Shown here piece by piece: positions 26,053 to 32,000 of a stretch of DNA of 32,000 nt. The translations under genes and the position numbers were made by a program. Source of the stretch: Candidatus Methylomirabilis oxygeniifera (GTDB lineage Bacteria > Methylomirabilota > Methylomirabilia > Methylomirabilales > Methylomirabilaceae); NCBI GenBank assembly GCA_000091165.1, contig FP565575.1:30001-62000 (forward strand). Reading direction: 5' to 3'. Numbering within the stretch: position 1 is the first letter of the stretch; every line of letters starts with the position of its first letter. The notes under the pieces were generated by a model, which was not told the DNA's origin, ran no database searches, and worked only from the letters and a program-made list of their open reading frames with translations.

Positions 26053-26430
26053 GTGCTGGGATTGCATGTTCGGTGGCGACACCACCACCTATATACCACC
26101 TCCACCTCACACCATACGACCTACAGCACCGCCGAGGGCTGCGCGCCGCAGACCGAGGAGACCGTAACAACCACCGCGGCGTTCGGACCCGCGTGGATCT
26201 GCATCGGCGATGATGGAGGGGATAAGATCTACCCGAACTGCAGCCCGGGATTCCCCTTCGAGATCATAGCGGGCTCCGTCAATTACAACACGAATACGCA
26301 CACGGAGACGTATGTGTGCAGTGCCGATCCGGCCGCCATCCCCACCCTCTCCGAATGGGCGCAGCTCGACATGGCCGCCCTGCTGGTCGGCGGCGGCCTG
26401 CTGGCGATACGAAGACAGGCTAAAGGCTGA
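26053..26430 (+). CDS. Small Cys-containing protein with IPTL-CTERM-type C-terminal sorting signal (possibly 5'-defective)
   Basis: The C-terminus AIPTLSEWAQLDMAALLVGGGLLAIRRQAKG has an IPTLSEW motif, a hydrophobic helix and a basic cluster. No signal peptide follows the GTG 26053 start. Confidence 0.55.
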   Translation: MLGLHVRWRHHHLYTTSTSHHTTYSTAEGCAPQTEETVTTTAAFGPAWICIGDDGGDKIYPNCSPGFPFEIIAGSVNYNTNTHTETYVCSADPAAIPTLSEWAQLDMAALLVGGGLLAIRRQAKG

Positions 26431-26447
26431 AGACCGAAGTCACGTAC

Positions 26448-26516
26448 GTCGGGTTAGCGTCGCGTAACCCGACATTCGCCTTCGAGCCACCAGGTGACGG
26501 CCTGAACGGCCTCACC
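26448..26516. repeat. Two adjacent hairpins sharing an ACCCGAC core, in a convergent intergenic region
   Basis: The first is GTCGGGTTA-8 nt-TAACCCGAC (26448-26473). The second is GGTGACGGCC-TGAAC-GGCCTCACC (26493-26516), followed by CGACCTACG. They may act as bidirectional terminators or a REP-like element. Confidence 0.5.
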
Positions 26517-26575
26517 CGACCTACGTTGCGACGTCCTGCTTGTCCCCTTCATCAGCCGTCGTCGCCGCTTTCAAC

Positions 26576-27751
26576 TTAAGTATACGCTCCACTCCACAGT
26601 TGCTCCAGGAACTCCCTGAACGGAAGCGCAGTCACTTGTCCGATGGTTCGTGGACGCGGCTCAAGACTCACACAGAGATAGCGCTTTAAGTTCTTTTCCT
26701 CCGCCAGTGCCAGCAGCGATTTCAGGTCCTGTGGCGACAGGTGTTCTTTTGCCTTCACCTCCACCGCCGTATGATCGCCGATGATAAAATCTACCTCAAA
26801 TCCCGACGTGGATCGCCAGTAGCTGAGCGGCTCTCCGAAGACATAGTCACGATAACTGAGCAGTTCGTGCATGACGTAGGTCTCGAACGCCTCGCCGAAC
26901 TCAGGGGTGCCGGGTCGATACTCGCGACCTTGCAGCGCTGCGACCACCCCGATGTCGAAAAAGTAATACTTCGAGGACGCCACAGGCTTTCTTTTCTTTG
27001 ACCGGCGCCACGCGGGCAGTTCGTGGAGCACCAGCGTATCCTGAAGAATCTCGAAGTATTCGTACACTGTTGTACGTGCCACTTGGGCATCATTGGCGAC
27101 ATTCGTAAAGTTTACGATCGTTCCATTACACAGGGCGGCCACTCGGAGAAAACGGCTGAAGGCTGGAACGTTACGGGTCATTCCTTCGGCGACGATCTCT
27201 TGCTGAAGATACGATCCCGCATAGGCTTGGAGATCGGCGCGCGGATCGTCCGAAAAGTAGATCGATGGGAGCAGCCCGCGTTCAACGGCGCGGATCAGAT
27301 CGAACCGTCGGCCCAGTTCCCGGTATGTGAGCGGATGAAGGTGCGTTGTGCGCGCGCGCCCTCCCAAGAGGTTGACGCCGCCGCGACGGAGCTTGCGCGC
27401 GCTGGAGCCGGTGAGCAAAAAACGTATGCCGCGCTCTTCGATGAGGCGGTGCACCTCGTTCAGCAGTTCAGGCAGGCGTTGAATCTCATCGATGACGACC
27501 ACGCGGTCGTGCGGGGTGAGTTCCTGTGCGATGCGCTCGGGTCTGCGACTGAGCGCCAGATAGATTGAGCTGTCCAGCAGATCGTAGACCCGCGTACCTT
27601 GCAAGGCGTGACGAATCAAAAATGTCTTTCCCGTCTGCCGTGGCCCTAGAAGGAAATAGGATTTGTTCTCCAGCAGAGCAGGAAGATCCAGGATGCGTGC
27701 TATTTTGGGTGGGTTGTCATGTGTCGTCGTCATAGTCATATATGATGCCAA
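26576..27751 (-). CDS. AAA+ ATPase with C-terminal DUF4143-type domain (COG1373-like)
   Basis: Walker A LLGPRQTGKTF and Walker B VVVIDEIQ. The C-terminal half (YYFFDIGVVAAL...GFEVDFII...AVEVKA) is typical of the DUF4143 nuclease-fold domain. Confidence 0.9.
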   Translation of the reverse strand: MASYMTMTTTHDNPPKIARILDLPALLENKSYFLLGPRQTGKTFLIRHALQGTRVYDLLDSSIYLALSRRPERIAQELTPHDRVVVIDEIQRLPELLNEVHRLIEERGIRFLLTGSSARKLRRGGVNLLGGRARTTHLHPLTYRELGRRFDLIRAVERGLLPSIYFSDDPRADLQAYAGSYLQQEIVAEGMTRNVPAFSRFLRVAALCNGTIVNFTNVANDAQVARTTVYEYFEILQDTLVLHELPAWRRSKKRKPVASSKYYFFDIGVVAALQGREYRPGTPEFGEAFETYVMHELLSYRDYVFGEPLSYWRSTSGFEVDFIIGDHTAVEVKAKEHLSPQDLKSLLALAEEKNLKRYLCVSLEPRPRTIGQVTALPFREFLEQLWSGAYT

Positions 27752-28028
27752 ATGACGATAGCGTCGTCAACACCTAATACGGTGGCTGGCTTCCTGCCCC
27801 TGAACATCCTGCACGAACCCGTAGTTGTCCCCTTCACCCGCGTCAGCGTCCGGCTCTTCCACGACTTCCTTCTCAGACCTTGAGCGCCTGCTCCTTGGCC
27901 ATGCGTATTGCCGTCGGCGTCTGTGGTTTTGCGGCCGGCGCTATGCCTTCTTCGAGTTCATGTTTTGCCTTGATCTTTCGACCTATTCCTCGTATCGTAC
28001 CGAACAGGCGCAGACGCGGGTTGAGCAG

Positions 28029-29009
28029 ATGCTGGAACAGATCGAGGCGTACCTGTTGTATCTTCAGGCGGAGCGAGCAGCGTCCCCGCATACGCTGAAG
28101 AACTATGCGATCGACTTGCAGCAGTTCCGGACGTTTCTTAGGGCCGGCGAGTCATCGCAGTTGGAACCTACCGTAAGCGCGGTCGAACGACCTGTTGTCA
28201 GAGATACAGGACGAGGGGATGCCCTGCACCGGCAGATCAAGCCGGGTGAGATCGACGTGCTGGCGATCAGGGCCTTCGTGGCGGATCTACATAGAAGGGG
28301 GATCGCGCGAAGCAGCATCGCGCGGAAGCTTGCGACCCTGCGATCGTTCTTCCGATACCTGTGCCGGGAGGGTGTTGTTGCTGCGAATCCGGCGAAGCTG
28401 GTATCCACCCCGAAGCTGCCGAAGCGGCTTCCGGCCTATCTGACCGTGGACGAGGTTGATCGGCTCTTGGCGTCGCCTGGCGAACAGGATCTCCCTGGCG
28501 CCCGCGATTTGGCGATTCTGGAACTCTTTTATGCCTCGGGCATCAGATTGAGCGAGCTGACGGGATTAGATGTACGGGATGTAGATATCCGAGAGGGTCT
28601 TGTTCGGGTAAAAGGTAAGGGGGGTAAGGAGCGGATCGTTCCAGTAGGGTCGAAGGCGATCGTTGCTCTGAGGCGCTATCTCGATAGGCGGAGCGATCTG
28701 ATCCATGAATCGAAGCGAGTAGCCCCCGAGTCTGTCGCGTTGTTCCTCAACCGACAAGGCGGCCGCTTGAGCCAGCGGAGCATTGCTCGAATCGTCTTAA
28801 AACACCTGAATCAGAGCGGTGTGGGGCCGAAGATCACGCCTCATGGGCTGCGTCACAGCTATGCCACGCACCTGCTTCAGGCTGGAGCCGATCTCCGCGC
28901 AATTCAGGAACTGCTGGGGCATTCACGGCTCTCGACGACCCAGCGGTATACCCACCTGAATCTGGATCACCTGATGGCGGTTTACGATAAGGCGCATCCG
29001 AGAGCCTAA
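28029..29009 (+). CDS. xerC: Tyrosine recombinase XerC/CodV
   Basis: Start MLEQIEAYLLYLQAERAASPHTLKNY. Catalytic residues in ARDLAILELFYASGIRLSEL, HGLRHSYATHLL and LGHSRLSTTQRYTH. The xerC-hslV-hslU context fits. The track start 27825 adds a non-protein-like extension. Confidence 0.9.
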   Translation: MLEQIEAYLLYLQAERAASPHTLKNYAIDLQQFRTFLRAGESSQLEPTVSAVERPVVRDTGRGDALHRQIKPGEIDVLAIRAFVADLHRRGIARSSIARKLATLRSFFRYLCREGVVAANPAKLVSTPKLPKRLPAYLTVDEVDRLLASPGEQDLPGARDLAILELFYASGIRLSELTGLDVRDVDIREGLVRVKGKGGKERIVPVGSKAIVALRRYLDRRSDLIHESKRVAPESVALFLNRQGGRLSQRSIARIVLKHLNQSGVGPKITPHGLRHSYATHLLQAGADLRAIQELLGHSRLSTTQRYTHLNLDHLMAVYDKAHPRA

Positions 29010-29015
29010 GAGCTA

Positions 29016-29057
29016 GGGTATAGGAGTTAGGGTGGAGGGTATAGGGGGTAGGGTGCA
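29016..29057. repeat. Heptad-array element (locus 5), single G-arm between xerC and hslV
   Basis: GGGTATAGGAGTTAGGGTGGAGGGTATAGGGGGTAGGGTGCA. No C-arm partner was found. It contains the probable hslV GTG (29053) and SD-like GGAGGG and AGGGGG. Confidence 0.85.
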
Positions 29058-29586
29058 AAGAGTTCGGAGTACAACGATCCTGGCAGTGCGGCATAAGGGG
29101 AAAGTGGTGGTGGCCGGGGACGGACAGGTCTCCTTTGGCGAGACCGTGATGAAGCAGACTGCCCGCAAGGTCCGTCGGCTGTGGAACGATCGGGTGATCG
29201 CCGGTTTTGCCGGCGCTGCGGCCGATGCGTTTGCCCTCCAATCGAGGTTTGAGGCGAAACTCGAGGCGTTCAGCGGCAACCTACCGCGCGCTGCGGTTGA
29301 GTTGGCGAAGGATTGGCGCACCGACCGGGCCCTCCGCCGATTAGAGGCGTTGTTGGTGGCGGTCGACAGGGAGCATTCGCTGGTCATTTCGGGGACGGGG
29401 GACGTGATCGAGCCAGACGACGGGGTGGTCGGCATCGGCTCCGGTGGGCAGTACGCGGTTGCCGCAGCTCGAGCCCTTATCGGCTTCTCAGAGCTTGATG
29501 CGAGAAGGATTGCCGAGGAGGCGATGAAGATCGCCGCCTCTATCTGCGTCTATACGAACGATACGATTACGATTGAAGAGCTATAA
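29053..29586 (+). CDS. hslV: ATP-dependent protease subunit HslV
   Basis: [27 protein letters not shown] carries the catalytic Thr after a short propeptide. Also [10 protein letters not shown] and GSGGQYA. The start is GTG 29053 or GTG 29032; both lie inside the repeat. Confidence 0.9.
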   Translation: MQRVRSTTILAVRHKGKVVVAGDGQVSFGETVMKQTARKVRRLWNDRVIAGFAGAAADAFALQSRFEAKLEAFSGNLPRAAVELAKDWRTDRALRRLEALLVAVDREHSLVISGTGDVIEPDDGVVGIGSGGQYAVAAARALIGFSELDARRIAEEAMKIAASICVYTNDTITIEEL

Positions 29587-29743
29587 CAGCGTACTAAGGT
29601 ACAAGGGGCGGGCGACGGGTGACTCTGCTTAATCTCGCCGTACGTCCGTGTACGGCTCGAATCGGCGCCGGCAGGCTGCGCTGCCCATGCTTCGCCTGCC
29701 ATCGACGACGCGTCGTCACCCGCCGTCCACCCCGATGGCAGTG

Positions 29744-29770
29744 TATCGGGCGCACGGTGCGCGCCCGATA
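29744..29770 (+). other. Perfect 10-bp hairpin TATCGGGCGC-7 nt-GCGCCCGATA just upstream of the hslU RBS
   Basis: Arms at 29744-29753 and 29761-29770. It is the last of several palindromes in the 204-nt hslV-hslU spacer, e.g. the 14-nt palindrome GACGACGCGTCGTC at 29704-29717. Confidence 0.8.
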
Positions 29771-29790
29771 TGAGGTATGGTGAGGTACTC

Positions 29791-31146
29791 ATGGAACAGT
29801 TGACACCGCGACAGATTGTGGCCGAGCTGGATAAATATATTATCGGTCAGAAGGAAGCAAAACGGGCCGTTGCGATTGCGCTGCGCAATCGGTGGCGGCG
29901 GCAGAAGCTTCCGGCGGAGCTGCGGGATGAGGTGGCGCCGAAGAACATTATTATGATCGGCCCGACAGGAGTGGGTAAGACCGAGATTGCCCGCCGTCTT
30001 GCCAAACTGGTTGATGCCCCGTTTATCAAGGTGGAGGCCAGCAAGTACACCGAAGTAGGCTACGTCGGACGCGACGTCGAATCGATGGTGCGGGATCTGA
30101 CCGAACTGGCGGTGGATATGGTGAAGGCGGAAAGAATCAAGGGGGTCCAGGAGCGGGCGAGGGAGCTGGCAGAAGAGCGGCTCCTGGATCTGCTGTTGCC
30201 CGTCAGCAGGATGCCGACAACCCCCGGCGTCGAGCAAACCTTGGACGCGAGCACAGTCACCTCGGCGGCAGAGACTCGCGAAAAACTCAGGAAGCGGCTG
30301 CACGAGGGGAAGCTGGACGACCGCACTGTAGAGTTAGAGGTCAAGGATCGCGCGATGCCGATGGTGGAGATTTTCAGCGGCGCCGGCATGGAGGGGATGG
30401 ACATCAATATGAAGGAGATGCTGGGGAGCCTGTTGCCCCAGCGGACCAAGCGACGCAAGGTCAAGATTCGGGAAGCCCAGCGGATTCTTGCCCAGGAAGA
30501 GGCCGATAAGCTGATCGATGTGGACGAGGTAAGGTCGGAAGCGGTTCGCCGCGTCGAGGACTCCGGAATCGTCTTCCTGGATGAGATCGATAAGATCGCC
30601 GGTCGCGATTCGGGTCACGGCCCGGATGTTTCGCGCCAGGGTGTGCAACGCGACCTTTTACCGATTGTCGAGGGGTGCACGGTCAACACCAAGTATGGCC
30701 TGGTACGGACCGATCACATCCTGTTTATTGCAGCCGGCGCGTTCCATGTCTCCAAACCGTCGGACCTGATTCCGGAGTTGCAGGGGCGCTTCCCGCTACG
30801 TGTAGAACTGGCCAGTCTTACACAAGATGACTTCGTCAGGATCCTTACAGAGCCGCAAAATGCCCTGATCAAGCAGTATACCGCGCTTCTGGAGACAGAG
30901 GAGGTCACGCTGGACTTTACCGAAGATGCCATTCAGGAGCTTGCGGCTACCGCATGCGCCGTCAATCAGGCGACTGAGAATATCGGTGCCCGCCGCTTGT
31001 ACACCATTCTGGAGCGGCTGCTGGATGAAATCTCGTTTGAGGCGCCTGCCATGCAAGGAGCCCAGGTGACGATCAATGCTGCGTATGTTCGTGAGCGGCT
31101 TCAGGAGATCGTCAAGAGCGAGGACCTGAGCCGTTATATTCTGTAA
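29791..31146 (+). CDS. hslU: ATP-dependent protease ATPase subunit HslU
   Basis: [20 protein letters not shown], with Walker [16 protein letters not shown] and Walker [14 protein letters not shown] 29791 follows GGTGAGG; the track start 29770 lies inside the hairpin. Confidence 0.95.
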   Translation: MEQLTPRQIVAELDKYIIGQKEAKRAVAIALRNRWRRQKLPAELRDEVAPKNIIMIGPTGVGKTEIARRLAKLVDAPFIKVEASKYTEVGYVGRDVESMVRDLTELAVDMVKAERIKGVQERARELAEERLLDLLLPVSRMPTTPGVEQTLDASTVTSAAETREKLRKRLHEGKLDDRTVELEVKDRAMPMVEIFSGAGMEGMDINMKEMLGSLLPQRTKRRKVKIREAQRILAQEEADKLIDVDEVRSEAVRRVEDSGIVFLDEIDKIAGRDSGHGPDVSRQGVQRDLLPIVEGCTVNTKYGLVRTDHILFIAAGAFHVSKPSDLIPELQGRFPLRVELASLTQDDFVRILTEPQNALIKQYTALLETEEVTLDFTEDAIQELAATACAVNQATENIGARRLYTILERLLDEISFEAPAMQGAQVTINAAYVRERLQEIVKSEDLSRYIL

Positions 31147-31199
31147 GGCAGCGATCAGCAATCAGCTACCAGGTGAAATCGTTGCAACCAGTGGAGTGG

Positions 31200-32000
31200 A
31201 TGGTGGGGCAGCGGAAGACGTTAGAGGTCCGGCGCGGAATCGATAAGGCAAATGTCCTGATCGAGGCGCTGCCGTACATCAAGACATTTGCCGGGAAGAC
31301 GGTCGTCATCAAGTACGGCGGCGCGGCGATGACGGATGAGGCGCTCAAGCGGTCGGTGGCGCTGGACGTCATTCTCATGCGATACGTCGGGATGCAACCG
31401 GTTGTTGTCCACGGCGGCGGCCCTGAGATCAGCAGGGCGATGGAGCGGGCAGGACTGAAGCCGACCTTTATCTCCGGATTTCGGGTGACCGACCGGGAGA
31501 CGATGAAGATCGTTGAGATGGTGATGGTGGGCCAGATCAATCAGGAACTGGTGGCGCTTATCAACAGCAGCGGCGGGTCGGCCGTCGGCCTTTCAGGCAA
31601 GGACGGCGGGTTGATCCGGGCGAAGAAGGCCGGTCCGGCTGCGGCCGCTGAGCCTCCAACTGGTGCGGCCGAGCCGCAGATCGATCTGGGGTTTGTTGGC
31701 GAGATTGTTGCTGTTGACGAACGGGTTCTACTTGCCCTGGAGCGCGACGGATTCACGCCGGTGGTGGCCCCAACCGGCGTCGATGAGGCGGGCGTGACAT
31801 ACAACATCAATGCCGATCTGGCGGCCGGCGCAATCGCGTCGGCCCTGCAAGCGGAAAAGCTCATCTTCCTGACCGACACCGACGGTATTCTGGACAAGGA
31901 TGACGCCCTTATTCCTACGCTGAACAGGCACAGGGTGGAGCAACTTATCGCCGATGGCGTCATCTCGGGGGGGATGCTGCCAAAGGTTCAGGCCTGTCTG
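31200..32000 (+). CDS. argB: Acetylglutamate kinase (partial, runs off the window end)
   Basis: Not in the ORF track because there is no stop in the window. The translation gives ANVLIEALPYIKTFAGKTVVIKYGGAAM...VVHGGGPEI...GFRVTD...YNINAD...GGMLPK. The start is ATG 31200 or GTG 31203. Confidence 0.9.
   Translation, partial: MVGQRKTLEVRRGIDKANVLIEALPYIKTFAGKTVVIKYGGAAMTDEALKRSVALDVILMRYVGMQPVVVHGGGPEISRAMERAGLKPTFISGFRVTDRETMKIVEMVMVGQINQELVALINSSGGSAVGLSGKDGGLIRAKKAGPAAAAEPPTGAAEPQIDLGFVGEIVAVDERVLLALERDGFTPVVAPTGVDEAGVTYNINADLAAGAIASALQAEKLIFLTDTDGILDKDDALIPTLNRHRVEQLIADGVISGGMLPKVQACL

Noticed and set aside
25710-26105. 131-aa and 100-aa minus-strand ORFs in the SEC-C to IPTL gap
   Set aside because: There is no RBS or family resemblance. 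They span the AT-rich iteron region and show no coding-like codon bias by eye.
27825-28028. 68-codon upstream extension of xerC, and the antisense ORF 27873..28091
   Set aside because: Neither is protein-like. XerC family proteins begin with the MLEQIEAYLLYL-type helix at 28029. The minus-strand tail ...KAKHELEEGIAPAAKPQTPTAIRMAKEQALKV looked vaguely real, but it has no start, RBS or family match.
11768-29057. Heptad arrays considered as a CRISPR array or as a coding low-complexity repeat
   Set aside because: The units are 7 nt, tandem and without spacers, and the loci are separated by kilobases of housekeeping genes. They are not CRISPR. They are intergenic and carry stop codons (TAG in GGGTATAGGG), so they are not coding except for the last dprA codons.
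31166-31963. Two minus-strand ORFs (124 and 140 aa) at the window end
   Set aside because: The plus strand here encodes a clear ArgB (VIKYGGAAM, VVHGGGPEI, YNINAD). It is missing from the track only because it has no stop in the window. The minus ORFs are antisense artefacts.

Overview
GC-rich (roughly 60% by eye, not computed) bacterial chromosomal window, almost fully coding. All calls come from reading the ORF track and the sequence by eye; no searches, folding or statistics were run.

Gene content:
- Minus-strand block 287-8601 looks like one tightly packed operon. It runs: small membrane ORF, hpnH (frame-broken), shc, hpnG, then a MacAB-like tripartite ABC exporter (membrane fusion protein, ATPase, two FtsX permeases).
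- Next come a DegT-type aminotransferase, a polyamine cluster (speH, speE, Orn/Lys/Arg decarboxylase), secD-secF, gmhA and a D-Ala-D-Ala carboxypeptidase.
- The window ends with the conserved string dprA-topA-trmFO ... xerC-hslV-hslU-argB.
- That string is interrupted at 23244-28028 by a ~4.8 kb accessory patch. It carries a PIN/AbrB toxin-antitoxin pair, a decayed IS256-family transposase, a multi-TM protein with a SEC-C tail, an ORF ending in an IPTL-CTERM-like sorting signal, and an AAA+/DUF4143 ATPase.

Most unusual observations:
1. A family of intergenic arrays of the heptad GGGTRNA / TNYACCC occurs at five loci, four of them as inverted G-arm/C-arm pairs. They sit directly against stop and start codons and have canonical G-quadruplex spacing.
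2. The SEC-C membrane protein sits next to the IPTL-CTERM ORF, with an iteron-like triple repeat between them.
3. Two essential-looking genes (hpnH, secD) each need a -1 shift to be intact. The secD case sits on an A7 run.
4. hslV and hslU are separated by an unusually long, highly structured spacer.

No rRNA, tRNA or CRISPR array was recognised.
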